64,000 nt of DNA from Acidobacteriota bacterium (GCA_013289825.1 JABCZF010000018.1:26996-90995); one strand, 5' to 3'. Positions 28,113 through 38,562 are shown, numbered from the stretch's first letter. A program made the numbers and translations. Notes: generated by a model not told the origin, from the sequence alone.

Positions 28113-28943
28113 GTGGACTCTCAGAGAACGACGCCGCGCCTAGCGAATATTCGTCTGCATCCCATCAAAGCGCTCGATCCTGTCTCCGTGAACGAAGCCC
28201 GCATCGGGCCCAATGGCGGCCTCGAACTTGACCGTGTGTGGGCTCTTTACTCCGTCGACGGCCGCTGGGTCAATGCCAAGCGCACCGCCGCTGTGCACCT
28301 TATCCGCGCGGCGTATGCGCCGGACATCAGTTCCGTGACCCTCACGGTTCCCGGAGACAGGCGCGGCATCCCGCGAATGAGCTTCGCCTTTCCCAGCGAC
28401 ACCGCAGGTGCCGCGGAATGGTTCAGCATGTACTTCGAGCAAGCGATTCAAGTCCGCTACTCGCGCGAAGGACTTCCAGACGACGGCCTCGCCACCGGAC
28501 CAACCATTGTTTCCACAGCCTCGCTCGAGGCTGTTTGCGGTTGGTTTCCCGGCATGACGCTCGACGAAGCGCGCCGGCGTTTCCGCACCACGCTCGAAAT
28601 CGATACAGCCTCTTCTGCGGGCGCGGCCGAAACCGTGCCGCCATTCTGGGAAGATCAGCTCTTCGCCGGTAGCGAGAGCAATGTCGTAAGATTCAAGATC
28701 GGTGATGTTGCCTTTGAGGGCAGCAACCCTTGCGCGCGCTGTCCAGTTCCCTCTCGGGAATCGCAAACCGGCGTCACCAACGGTGGTTTCCAAAAACGCT
28801 TCATTGACTTGCGCCATGCGCAGCTGCCGCCGTGGGCGCCCGCCGTTCGCTTCGATCACTTCTATCGATTCGCCGTCAACACCCGCATCCCCAGCACCGA
28901 GTGCGGTAAAATCCTTCGCTTCGGCGAGGCGCTTTTGTTGTAG
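28113..28943 (+). CDS. MOSC-domain protein
   Basis: IRLHPIK, DRVWAL, RRFR, PCARCPVP. Confidence 0.9.
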   Translation: MDSQRTTPRLANIRLHPIKALDPVSVNEARIGPNGGLELDRVWALYSVDGRWVNAKRTAAVHLIRAAYAPDISSVTLTVPGDRRGIPRMSFAFPSDTAGAAEWFSMYFEQAIQVRYSREGLPDDGLATGPTIVSTASLEAVCGWFPGMTLDEARRRFRTTLEIDTASSAGAAETVPPFWEDQLFAGSESNVVRFKIGDVAFEGSNPCARCPVPSRESQTGVTNGGFQKRFIDLRHAQLPPWAPAVRFDHFYRFAVNTRIPSTECGKILRFGEALLL

Positions 28944-29101
28944 GCGCAACCAGTGTCCACGTCTTTCGCATCCGACCAGCGGAAACTCCGCCAAGCTGCC
29001 TGCCTCGCTACCCTCGAAGACACGGCCATCACATATTCGTAGGAGGTGTGGTTCACCTATTGCCCACCAAGGAGCCGGGAGACGATCAAGAGCCGGAGCT
29101 T

Positions 29102-29575
29102 TTACCGCCCGGCCGTAGGAGCGACCGGCTGTTTTTCGAGGAGCTGTTCCTTGCGGTAGATTAGGGAATTGATGTCGTAGGTAGCGAGCTCAAAGCCATG
29201 TCCGTGCGTAATCGCATCCGTCGGGCAGGCTTCGACGCAGTATCCGCAGAAAATGCACCGACTGTAATCTATGTTGTAAACGCTGGCGTAGCGTTCTCCC
29301 GCGGAAATCCGGCTGGCATCGGTGTTTTCAGCGGCTTCAATGTAAATGCAATTCGCCGGGCAGGCAGCGGCGCACAGAAAGCATCCAACGCACTTCTCGA
29401 GCCCGGATTCGTCGCGGTGCAGCACGTGGATTCCACGATAGCGCGGCTGAAAATGCACCGGCTCGAACGGATAATTTTCCGTGACCGTTTTGCGAAACAT
29501 ATTCCGGAAGGTCACGCTGAATCCCTGCACCAGCGTGCTGAATGTCTCGCCGACTTCTCTGAAGATGGATGCCAT
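29102..29575 (-). CDS. nuoI: NADH-quinone oxidoreductase subunit I (stand-alone)
   Basis: RYRG, EKCVGCFLCAAACP, RCIFCGYCVEACPTDAI. Confidence 0.95.
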   Translation of the reverse strand: MASIFREVGETFSTLVQGFSVTFRNMFRKTVTENYPFEPVHFQPRYRGIHVLHRDESGLEKCVGCFLCAAACPANCIYIEAAENTDASRISAGERYASVYNIDYSRCIFCGYCVEACPTDAITHGHGFELATYDINSLIYRKEQLLEKQPVAPTAGR

Positions 29576-29643
29576 AATCTAGAAGTCTAGCAAACGGCTG
29601 GTACCCGGGCAAACGGCTATCCCCGAGCCAGGGAACGACGTGT

Positions 29644-30615
29644 TCAAGCCTTCAACGACGCAATGATTTGCTTACCGTGAAAACGCCCATTTTCAATGAA
29701 TATTTCGCTGGTGTGTCGCCCGCCGATCACGACCCCCGCCAAATGGATTCCGGGGACATTGCTTTCCAGGGTATGGGCGTCCAGCGCCGGCTTTCGTGTT
29801 TCCGGGTCGAGCTGCACGCCGAGGCTCTCGATGAAAGCAAAATCGGGGTGATAACCGGTCAGAGCGAATACCTGTTTCGCAGGCAGGCGCTTTTCACCCG
29901 CGCCATTCCGCACCACGACCTCGTCTCTTGTGATCGCTTTTACCTGCGTCTCGAACAGCGCTTTGACCTGCCCCGCCTTGACACGGTTTTCGATGTCGGG
30001 CCGCACCCAATACTTAATCGTCGAACCAAGTTCTGCCCTCCGGTGCACGAGCGTGACGCGCGCGCCATTCCGATAAAGGTCTAAAGCCGCTTCGGCAGCC
30101 GAGTTCTTTCCGCCGATAACTACCACGTCCTGGTTCCAGAACTCGAAGGGTTCGGTGTAGTAGTGTGAAACATGCGGCAATTCCTCGCCCGGAATGCCTA
30201 GAACGTTCGGAAGATCGTAGTATCCCGTCGCAATACTGATTTTTTTTCCCGCATACCGCTCTTCCGCTCCTTTCTCCGTCCGCGTCACAACCGTAAAGTT
30301 GCCGTCATGCCCGTCCACTCGCAGCACGCGCTCGAATAGCCGCAACTCCAATTGATAATGCTCCGCCGCCTTGCGGTAATACTTCAACGCCTCGGTGCGC
30401 ACGGGCTTCTCCGTCGCGCTCACAAGAGGCAGGTCGCCGATTTCGAGAAGCTCCGGTGTCGTGAAAAACACCATATTGACCGGGTAGTGGTAAATCGAGT
30501 TGCACAGGCAGCCCTTGTCGATCACCAAGGGCTCCATCCCAGCGCGTTTCGCTTCGATGGCACAAGCCAGGCCGGTAGGTCCCGCACCAATGGAAATAAT
30601 ATCGTAAGTCGCCAT
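29644..30615 (-). CDS. ypdA: YpdA-family FAD-dependent (bacillithiol) disulfide reductase
   Basis: GAGPTG, FFTTPELLEIG, EALKYYR, ATGYYD, GGKNSA, IFIENGRFH. Confidence 0.92.
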   Translation of the reverse strand: MATYDIISIGAGPTGLACAIEAKRAGMEPLVIDKGCLCNSIYHYPVNMVFFTTPELLEIGDLPLVSATEKPVRTEALKYYRKAAEHYQLELRLFERVLRVDGHDGNFTVVTRTEKGAEERYAGKKISIATGYYDLPNVLGIPGEELPHVSHYYTEPFEFWNQDVVVIGGKNSAAEAALDLYRNGARVTLVHRRAELGSTIKYWVRPDIENRVKAGQVKALFETQVKAITRDEVVVRNGAGEKRLPAKQVFALTGYHPDFAFIESLGVQLDPETRKPALDAHTLESNVPGIHLAGVVIGGRHTSEIFIENGRFHGKQIIASLKA

Positions 30616-30665
30616 AACTTTTTTAGTGTGCCGGGAGTCCGCAAGAATTGCAAATTCGGCGCGAA

Positions 30666-31001
30666 TTACAGGACTTGCGGCAATTCCAGAATGTCCGTCA
30701 GTTCCCCCCGGAATAATTCCAATTCGTGCAAGCGTTCGGGTGTGGCGGGCAGTTCGGTCTTCTTCCAGACGAACACCTCAGTAGCGCCGCGTTTGAGTCG
30801 CACGCTCAGATTTCCATCAACCAGGTAGGACGGAGATGCAAGGAGTTTCAATCCGCCGTTAGGTAGCGGTGACAGAATAGCCGCGCACTCGCCTCGCCGC
30901 AGGCACAAAGCACGCTCATAAGGAGGCATGGCCATCGGCCGAAAACCCGCCGCAAAAAGCCTCTCCAGAATCTGCATCTGCTGAGGAGTGAACTCGACCA
31001 T
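30666..31001 (-). CDS. Hypothetical protein (111 aa)
   Basis: Co-oriented between parB and ypdA; protein-like. Confidence 0.75.
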   Translation of the reverse strand: MVEFTPQQMQILERLFAAGFRPMAMPPYERALCLRRGECAAILSPLPNGGLKLLASPSYLVDGNLSVRLKRGATEVFVWKKTELPATPERLHELELFRGELTDILELPQVL

Positions 31002-31056
31002 GCGATTGGTGCGACGGATTTCAGTCTGTCTCTAGTGATGTCCTGTTGAGAAGTGA

Positions 31057-31914
31057 TCAGGCCGCCGTGGAATCCGCTTCCGAAGACGATCCCTCGAGCT
31101 GCGAAAGAATCTGCCTCAGCGTGACAATCAGCTCGTCCCGGCTAACATGGCTCTTCTTGAACTGGATGCGAAACCTGAAGCGTTCGTCCTCTGGCTCGAA
31201 CTGAAAGAGGAACGGCCGCGGCCTCTGCGGACCGCCTTGCTCACCGCGCCGTTCGCGCCGCGCCTCATCCCGGGTCAACCCGCCTTGCATAATTCGGTGC
31301 ATCATCTCGATCATCTTTTTTTCCGTCGGCTGCCGCGCAATCTGCAGCAGCAACGACTTCGAGATAATCCCGTGCTCAACGCACTTCTTGCGCAGCGACT
31401 CCGGAATATTTCTGAGCGACAAGGTTTCCGTCACGGAGGAGCGCGCGCGTCCAATCTTCCTGGCCACATCTTCGTGCGTGTATTCGAACTGAGTGGCCAG
31501 GCGATGAAGCCCGTCGGCTTCCTCAAACGGCGTGAGGTCTTTGCGCTGAATATTCTCAATCAGCGCGATCTCCAGCGTCTCAGCGTCGTCCGCCATTTTC
31601 TCGATGCAAGGAACTTCGCGCAGCCCCGCCGCACGCGAGGCGTGATAACGCCGCTCGCCCGAAATGATGTAGTAGCAGTCTTCGCGCGGAACAAACCGCA
31701 CCAGCAGCGGCTCGAGCACTCCCTTTTCCCGGATCGACTCCGAAAGTTCGCGCAAATCTCCCAAAGCCTTACGCGGCTGGTCCGGATTGGGCCGAATCTG
31801 ATCTACAGGGATCATGCGTCCGACAGCTGCCCCGCTGTAACTTGTCAGCGATTCGACGTAGTGCGCGTCATGCCGCATCTTCAGCGTGACGGGTAACCCG
31901 ATCCTCTTCGACAC
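31057..31914 (-). CDS. parB: ParB/Spo0J-family protein
   Basis: PNPDQPR, SGERR, IENIQRKDL, HTH; GGGAGG before GTG 31914. Confidence 0.93.
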   Translation of the reverse strand: MSKRIGLPVTLKMRHDAHYVESLTSYSGAAVGRMIPVDQIRPNPDQPRKALGDLRELSESIREKGVLEPLLVRFVPREDCYYIISGERRYHASRAAGLREVPCIEKMADDAETLEIALIENIQRKDLTPFEEADGLHRLATQFEYTHEDVARKIGRARSSVTETLSLRNIPESLRKKCVEHGIISKSLLLQIARQPTEKKMIEMMHRIMQGGLTRDEARRERRGEQGGPQRPRPFLFQFEPEDERFRFRIQFKKSHVSRDELIVTLRQILSQLEGSSSEADSTAA

Positions 31915-32668
31915 GTTGGATAACCTCCCCTGCCAATTTCTTGTACTCGACGGCGCCAGGTGATTTCGGCGCAAACGTTAAGATCGTCTCTTTGTAAGCC
32001 GGGCTTTCTTCGAGCCGCACGTTCTTGCTGATCTTGGTTTTGAACAGCACTTCGCCGAACACGGTGCGAATCTGCCCGTGCGTGTCGCGCGAAATATTGG
32101 TCCGCTTATCAAACAAGGTGATAACTACGCCCAACACTTTCAAACCGGGGTTGGGCCGCGCGCGAATTCTTTCATAGGTTTCCAGTAAATCGTCGGTTCC
32201 CTCAATCGCAAAATAGGCCGCCTGAATGGGTACCAGCAAATGCGTGGAAGCCACCAGCGCATTCACTGTCAAAATTCCCAGCGACGGCGGCGTATCCAGC
32301 ACCATGTAATCGTACTCCTTCACGATCGGAGCCAAAGCGTCCTTCAGTCTGTACGGCGCGTCGAACTGTCCTGCCAGCACTTGCTCCAGTTTGGCCAGCG
32401 CCAGGCGTCCAGGCCCGAGAAAAAGCATCTGGTCTTTCGTCGGCTTCACCACGGAGGCCATCGTCGCCCGGCTCTCGCTTAAGACATCGAACATCGATGT
32501 AGCAATCTCGCCGGAATTGTAAAATGCGATTGTTGAATTCGCTTGCGGATCCAGGTCAATCAAAAGTGTGCGCTTGCCGCGTTGCGCCAGAGCGGCAGAC
32601 AAATTTATCGCCGTCGTCGTTTTCCCCACGCCGCCTTTTTGATTTGCAACCGTGATGATGGCAGTCAT
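31868..32668 (-). CDS. parA: ParA/Soj-family ATPase
   Basis: NQKGGVGKTT, IDLDPQAN, DTPPSLG. Confidence 0.95.
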   Translation of the reverse strand: MTAIITVANQKGGVGKTTTAINLSAALAQRGKRTLLIDLDPQANSTIAFYNSGEIATSMFDVLSESRATMASVVKPTKDQMLFLGPGRLALAKLEQVLAGQFDAPYRLKDALAPIVKEYDYMVLDTPPSLGILTVNALVASTHLLVPIQAAYFAIEGTDDLLETYERIRARPNPGLKVLGVVITLFDKRTNISRDTHGQIRTVFGEVLFKTKISKNVRLEESPAYKETILTFAPKSPGAVEYKKLAGEVIQRVEEDRVTRHAEDAA

Positions 32669-32727
32669 ACGCTTCTGCCTCCGCTTATGCGCATGATAAG
32701 TCGCGCCGACGCGGACCTGCAACCAGG

Positions 32728-32774
32728 TCCCTATATGTGGGTGCTGCCCGCAGAAAGCCCCCTAGCTCTAGGCC
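32728..32774. promoter_or_regulatory. Tandem NrdR-box-like sites upstream of parA
   Basis: TCCCTATATGTGGGTG and CCCCTAGCTCTAGGCC, 31 bp apart. Confidence 0.4.
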
Positions 32775-32967
32775 CACTGTACGTTCCGAACCCATTCTAG
32801 CGCAAGGGAAAAGTGGAATTCTGCGGCGACCGCAGTGGAAAACTCAAAAGTTCTGTTTTGGGACAGCCGTCCTTGGTCAGCCCGAAATTTTTACCAGGTA
32901 GTTTCAGGGAAAGGACAAGAATGGCAAGGATAAGAAGAGCCAGCCGAAGGTGTAGCTGGGCAGTCGG

Positions 32968-33303
32968 CTAGAATTCCACGCCCCAGAAATCCATGGAAGC
33001 CTCTTGAAGTTCCAGCCCCAGTTCCCATCCAGCTCGGCCTTCGTGCCCTCGCCAAATCAGAACGGCTTCCGAAGCATTCTTGTTGATGAGATTGACCAGC
33101 AGCAAGCGCTGCCCCACTAGAAAGCCGTGGGGAATCACAGCGAGGCAGCCCTTCGTGCTGGTGTCCACGGTGTAACCCTCCGCGTGCATCGCGCGGCCCG
33201 ACTCCCGCCATTCCACGGCTACAGGCACACGCGAATTCACGCGACTCCCGGCCCTGGCATTCTGCAGTCGTGCTTCAAACCTGGATAAGTTCCCTACGCC
33301 CAC
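32968..33303 (-). CDS. PilZ-domain protein
   Basis: RAGSR and DTSTKGC; start uncertain. Confidence 0.75.
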   Translation of the reverse strand: MGVGNLSRFEARLQNARAGSRVNSRVPVAVEWRESGRAMHAEGYTVDTSTKGCLAVIPHGFLVGQRLLLVNLINKNASEAVLIWRGHEGRAGWELGLELQEASMDFWGVEF

Positions 33304-33603
33304 GGTGGTCTCCTGCGTTTGCCGGTTCGCAATCGTCCCGGCACTTCGGCATCGGTTCCCAAAACTGCCTGCACGTCCAATCCGCTTGTCGCGAAACGTG
33401 CAAAAGCAGCGGTACCCGAAGACTACGGTTCAACGCCGGCGCGGTCAATGGGACTTCGGGCCTAGAACGAGCGCCGAAGGTTACCCATATCAGTCAACTA
33501 AGATGCTCCTGTACGCGCCGCGCAACTCCTGGGCTGAACATGCGCCGGCCCGTTTGCTCCTTTTTGCAGGCCCGCTTAAACTCTTTTCATTCTTCTTCCG
33601 TCC

Positions 33604-35001
33604 ATGATCCGCTACAAAACATTTCGCGCGGAACTTGGCCCCACGCTGCGGCTGGCGTTGCCGCTCGTTCTGGCCGAACTGGGCTGGATGAGCATGGCCA
33701 TCGTGGACACCATGATGGTTGGTCGGCTTCCCCAGAGCGCGGTAGCCATCGCGGCCGTCAGCCTAGGTGGAATTCTGGTCAACGTACTCGGTTTTTTTGG
33801 AGGGGGATTGCTCATTGGGCTGGACACTATGGTTTCTCAGGCGTTCGGTGCCGGTCAGCGGGAAGACTGTCATCGTTCGCTTCTAAATGGCATCTATCTC
33901 AGCTTGGCTCTTACGCCCCTCTTGATGGCCCCAATTTGGTTCTTCGAACCCATGCTTCGCGCCATGCGAATCGCGCCGGACGTGATCGCTCTCGCAGTTC
34001 CCTATTCGAAAGCCCTGGCTTGGGGAATGCTGCCGCTCCTTCTCTATTTCGCAGTCCGGCGCTGCATGCAGGCCATGAACTTGGTGGGCCCCATCGCTTT
34101 CGCTCTAATCACCGCAAACCTTATCAACGCCGGCGGGAACTTGATCCTCATCTACGGCAAACTAGGAGCTCCCGCCATGGGCCCGGTGGGATCGGGCTGG
34201 TCCACCTCCGGGGCACGCATTTACCTTTCGGCTGTGCTGGTAGGCTATCTCCTCTGGTATGACCGGCGTCACCGCACAAGGCTGCTCCGCACACCAATCC
34301 AGCCCGATCTGCGGCGCATCCGGCGTCTCATCGCTCTTGGTTTTCCTGCAGCCATGCAGATCACTCTGGAGATTGGAGTGTTTGCGCTGGTGACGGCTCT
34401 GATCGGCCGCTTGGGCGCGGTTTCCCTCGCCAGTCACCAAATCGCACTAAACACCGTCTCCTTCACCTACATGGTTCCGCTCGGCGTGTCCTCCGCAGCG
34501 GCGGTGCGCGTCGGTCAGGCCATGGGTCGCGAAGATCCTCAAGCCGCCGCAGACGCCGGCGGAACCGCTATTTTTCTCGGTGCTGCGTTTATGACCTGCA
34601 TGAGCGTGGTGCTGCTGGTGGTCCCACGCTGGATTGCCAGGGCCTACACGCCCGATGCCGCCATTATTCAGAGCACCATCGGGCTGCTCGCCGCTGGCGC
34701 CGCTTTTCAACTTTTTGACGGCATTCAAACGGTTGCTACCGGAGCCCTGCGTGGCGTCGGCGACACACGCACCCCCATGCTGTGCCACTTCACGGCGTAT
34801 TGGCTCATCGGTCTCCCGCTCGGCGCGTACCTCTGTTTCCGCCTTCGTTGGGGAGCCTTTGGCCTGTGGGCCGGACTGAGTCTTGCTCTCATCCTCATCG
34901 GCATTGTTCTGCTGTTCGTCTGGCAGCGAAGGGTTCGCCAGATGGTTCATTCCCGGGCGACAAACGCTTATCCGGTCAATAGCCCGGCCGGACAGTTTTG
35001 A
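33604..35001 (+). CDS. MATE-family efflux transporter
   Basis: VDTMMVGRL, SQAFGA, FQLFDGIQ, GALRG.GDT. Confidence 0.96.
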   Translation: MIRYKTFRAELGPTLRLALPLVLAELGWMSMAIVDTMMVGRLPQSAVAIAAVSLGGILVNVLGFFGGGLLIGLDTMVSQAFGAGQREDCHRSLLNGIYLSLALTPLLMAPIWFFEPMLRAMRIAPDVIALAVPYSKALAWGMLPLLLYFAVRRCMQAMNLVGPIAFALITANLINAGGNLILIYGKLGAPAMGPVGSGWSTSGARIYLSAVLVGYLLWYDRRHRTRLLRTPIQPDLRRIRRLIALGFPAAMQITLEIGVFALVTALIGRLGAVSLASHQIALNTVSFTYMVPLGVSSAAAVRVGQAMGREDPQAAADAGGTAIFLGAAFMTCMSVVLLVVPRWIARAYTPDAAIIQSTIGLLAAGAAFQLFDGIQTVATGALRGVGDTRTPMLCHFTAYWLIGLPLGAYLCFRLRWGAFGLWAGLSLALILIGIVLLFVWQRRVRQMVHSRATNAYPVNSPAGQF

Positions 35002-35146
35002 CGTATCCATACTCCCCTTATCCGCAACATCATTCGACAAGATAGAAACACGGCTCTACCCGCGCGCGCCTCCACACTGTAAGTAACTCAAATCCTAAGG
35101 TGTTTCCGGCGTGCCTCAACACTTTGCCGGCGAAAGGTTGACGACC

Positions 35147-37993
35147 ATGCGTCGAGGCTCGTGGTGGAAAAGTTCGCTCTATCGAATCCTCATCGTTCTC
35201 GCAATTCTTGGCGGTACTTTTTCCGCGCAGGCACAAACGTCATCCGACGATGCTGACGAAGAAGACGTTAAGCCGACGCCGTCACTTAGCGTGGGCCTCG
35301 TCTTTCGAGAAGACGGCGCCGCCCAAGTTAGCTTCTTCGCTTATGGACAACCGGGCAACGAATCCGAGATCAAAACCGCGCTCGAATTATCCCTGGGCTG
35401 TACGCTGCAATCAAAGGCGCCCTTTGGTCATACCATCGCCCAGGCCTACACCGGTTCTTGCCAGCCGTCTTTCCAGCACACTTCGACCACTCGTGAATTC
35501 CGGATCGCCACCGCGCCCCTGCGGCAATTCGCCCTGGACCACCAGATCGAGATGCTGAGTCTCGACCTGCGTCTGCCCGACGTCGAAATCTCGGAAACGC
35601 GACCTCCTGTTCAGGGGCATTCCCTGGCTTCCCGAAAAATGTCCGCAATCTTCGAACGCAACCAGGGATTGCATTACTCCTATTTTTGGCGCACCGATTC
35701 CGCAATCCCTGAATTCGTCACCGTCCGCTTCGGCCTTTCTGCCAACTCTGTAGCGCGCACCGAATGTATCCTGCTCGGCGTTCTCTTATTTCCCGCGTTC
35801 CTCGTCTTCTGGATGGGCCGCAAGGCCCTTGGTAGCGAGGCCCAGGATAAAGCCGTGGTGTGGTTCACCTACATGCGTTACCTGCAGTGGACGCTCAACT
35901 TTTCGCTGCTCGGTTGGTGGATCGCCGCCGATTCGTTGCATCTCGTACAGCGTTTGCAATACCTGACCGCAGGCATGCGGATCGCTCCCATCTGGGACTA
36001 CGCAATAACACCGACCATCGTCGAGTGGTTCCCTCCTGCGGTCATCTGGGTCTTGTGCTTCGCGTTGTCACATCCTGTCCAAGAGAAACTCCGAGGGCTC
36101 ACCTGGACACGCGGCGAACTGGCCATCCAGGGCATCTACTCGTTCTGCGCCTCGCTTTTGCCCCTGGCCCTGTTCTTCACGGGCCTTTCCACGATGGCGA
36201 GAAGTGCGCTTCGGGCCGGAGTGCTCTGGATGGTCGCCGCCCTCGCCGTCGCTATCATCGCGAGCCGTGCACGTCAAAAGTTCCTCGGCATGCAGCCTCA
36301 AGCCCTTACCACAGGTGATTTGCGCGATCACGCTTTCGCCATGGCCCGCCAGTTGGGCGTCAAGCTTCAGCAGGTCTACATCATCCCTTCGGGAAAAGGC
36401 CAAACGGCCAACGCGTTTGCTCGCAAAGGCAACGTAATCTCCTTCACTGATTTCCTGTTGCAACGAATGACGCGGCGCGAAGTGAATTACGTTCTTGGCC
36501 ATGAGATGACACACCTGAAACTCGGCCACCCCGGTAAGCTAGCTATGGCCGCCGTGGTCAGCTATTTCGTGGCTACTACCGGACTGGGTTTTCTCGATTT
36601 TTTCTTTCACCTCTCGGTGGTTCCGCGCTATGCGCTGATCGTTGGCGTCGTGACGCTTGCTCCCTATTTCTGTTCTCGCCGCTTCGAGTATGCCGCCGAT
36701 GCCGGCGCCGTCGAAATCACTGGCGACCCGGAAGCGGCTATCTCCGCGCTCTTCAAGCTCGCCCAGCTAAACATGTTGCCGATTCACTGGAGCAACTGGA
36801 GCGAAAAATGGCTCACCCATCCATCTTCTCTCCGCCGTGCGCACGCCATCGCCAGAAGAGCGGGCATCCCTATGGAGCGTGTTCCGGACATAGCCCAAAC
36901 GGCTGCTGCTGCCAATGATCACTACGTTCTCCCGGAAACAGTTACGCCCGGTGTCAAAGTCCACTCCAGTCAAACCAAGCAGGGCGGCACTCTGCGCGTC
37001 GCCTTTACCATGCTCGCTTTGCTGATTTTCACCCCAGCGGCGTTTGCTCTACTGGCGAATCGCTTCTTCCAGCACTCTCCGCTTCGAAGCGTTCTATTTC
37101 TCGCAGGATTTGCTGCCACTTTCGCTATGTACTATGCGTGCGTAAACTTCTTGCCGCCGATGAGACTCCCCAACTTGGTTGCTTCGCTGAAATCCAAGCT
37201 GGCCAAAGAAGGAGTCCTCGCCGACGCTTGGGATGGTGTCTTTGTCGGCTTCTCGCCTGCCGCCGCGCCACGCAACTACGAGCAGAATATCAACTGGGAT
37301 CTTGGCTGCCTCTTTCTGCGCTCTGATCACCTCTGCTATTGGGGAGAGGAAACGAAATTCTCGCTGCGGCCCGACCAGATCACTGCCATCACGCTGGCGC
37401 CGGGCATGCCAGGCTTGCTTCCGCCCTGGCGGATTTATTTCGCATGGAAAGACGACGAGCTCGCCACCAGCGGTGTCTTCAACATTGGTTGCATCAACGG
37501 CGCTTCAACGCTTCGCCTTCGTCAACAATCCTCGAAACTGGCCGAAGGCCTCAAAATATGGTGGAAGTCTAGACCTATCGAGCGCCCGCTGCCCGGCCCG
37601 CTGGCAACCTTGCGCTCTCCCCGGGTCGGCGCGGTCACCGGAGCTGTTCCGCGATTCACTCCCGGAAGAGTGTTTTCCGAGCTTTTCTTGACCGCTATCT
37701 TCGCGATTGTGGGAGCAATCTTGTGCGGTCTGCCATTTCAACTAGTGGCATTTCTCTTTTCACGGCTGAACGAGTCTCTCGGAAAAATAACCGCCATTCA
37801 CTGGCCAGGCGCTGGGTGGTATGTGGTGGCTGTGGTCTTGGGGGTGCGCTTCTTCGGCATGATCCCGGCCCTGCGTTACAAAGACCGGGCCGTCGTTACC
37901 ATGGCCGCCCCGGAGCCGCAAGCCGCCCCAACAACGCCGAGCGCTTTAGGGCGGCAAGCCAAAGTCGAAAACGATGAGGTGTTATCGCACTGA
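35147..37993 (+). CDS. Large multi-pass membrane protein containing an M48 metallopeptidase domain
   Basis: ANAFA, LGHEMTH (HExxH), RRFEYAAD, THPS..RR. Confidence 0.88.
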   Translation: MRRGSWWKSSLYRILIVLAILGGTFSAQAQTSSDDADEEDVKPTPSLSVGLVFREDGAAQVSFFAYGQPGNESEIKTALELSLGCTLQSKAPFGHTIAQAYTGSCQPSFQHTSTTREFRIATAPLRQFALDHQIEMLSLDLRLPDVEISETRPPVQGHSLASRKMSAIFERNQGLHYSYFWRTDSAIPEFVTVRFGLSANSVARTECILLGVLLFPAFLVFWMGRKALGSEAQDKAVVWFTYMRYLQWTLNFSLLGWWIAADSLHLVQRLQYLTAGMRIAPIWDYAITPTIVEWFPPAVIWVLCFALSHPVQEKLRGLTWTRGELAIQGIYSFCASLLPLALFFTGLSTMARSALRAGVLWMVAALAVAIIASRARQKFLGMQPQALTTGDLRDHAFAMARQLGVKLQQVYIIPSGKGQTANAFARKGNVISFTDFLLQRMTRREVNYVLGHEMTHLKLGHPGKLAMAAVVSYFVATTGLGFLDFFFHLSVVPRYALIVGVVTLAPYFCSRRFEYAADAGAVEITGDPEAAISALFKLAQLNMLPIHWSNWSEKWLTHPSSLRRAHAIARRAGIPMERVPDIAQTAAAANDHYVLPETVTPGVKVHSSQTKQGGTLRVAFTMLALLIFTPAAFALLANRFFQHSPLRSVLFLAGFAATFAMYYACVNFLPPMRLPNLVASLKSKLAKEGVLADAWDGVFVGFSPAAAPRNYEQNINWDLGCLFLRSDHLCYWGEETKFSLRPDQITAITLAPGMPGLLPPWRIYFAWKDDELATSGVFNIGCINGASTLRLRQQSSKLAEGLKIWWKSRPIERPLPGPLATLRSPRVGAVTGAVPRFTPGRVFSELFLTAIFAIVGAILCGLPFQLVAFLFSRLNESLGKITAIHWPGAGWYVVAVVLGVRFFGMIPALRYKDRAVVTMAAPEPQAAPTTPSALGRQAKVENDEVLSH

Positions 37994-38076
37994 CCGAGAC
38001 CGCACCGGCAAATTCCGCAGCTGCCTGTAGATGGCATCAAAGTGAGGAGGTCGCGGCAGAGTCGCGTTCGGGCGAA

Positions 38077-38562
38077 CTACATTTTGTAGCGGCCCAGGTC
38101 ATCGTCAGAAAGACCCTCAAGCCAGTTGCGCAATTGCTCGCTGGTGCTGCGTTCCGTAATCGCGTTGGAAATCTTTGAATTCTTAAGCACTTCTTCATCC
38201 ACAAAAATGGGGCAATCCACGCGCAGCGCCAGCGCCAGCGCATCACTCGGCCGGGAATCAATCGTCATCATCTGTCCGTCGCGCTCCACCCAAATCAGCG
38301 CATAAAACGTATCGTCCTTCAGGTCGTTCACTACAATCTTATGAACCAGCACATCCAGCCCGAGCAGAACGTTTTTCAGAAGATCGTGGGTCATCGGCCG
38401 CGGCGTCTGCACCTTCTCGATCTCCAGCGCGATCGCGTTGGCCTCATACACGCCAACCCAAATCGGCAAGATGGCCTGCCCCTGCACATCTTTCAACACC
38501 ACAATGGGCATGTTTGTCACGGGATCCATCATCAGGCCGCGGATTTTCATCTCCACTTCCAT
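38077..38562 (-). CDS. Bifunctional nuclease family (DUF151)
   Basis: LPIWVG..EA, RPMTHDL, DSRPSDA. Confidence 0.93.
   Translation of the reverse strand: MEVEMKIRGLMMDPVTNMPIVVLKDVQGQAILPIWVGVYEANAIALEIEKVQTPRPMTHDLLKNVLLGLDVLVHKIVVNDLKDDTFYALIWVERDGQMMTIDSRPSDALALALRVDCPIFVDEEVLKNSKISNAITERSTSEQLRNWLEGLSDDDLGRYKM

Noticed and set aside
32810-32845. DnaA boxes / oriC next to parA
   Set aside because: Only weak multi-mismatch matches, no AT-rich unwinding element, no dnaA
33270-34262. 330-aa + strand ORF
   Set aside because: Off-frame overlap with MATE; no protein-like motifs
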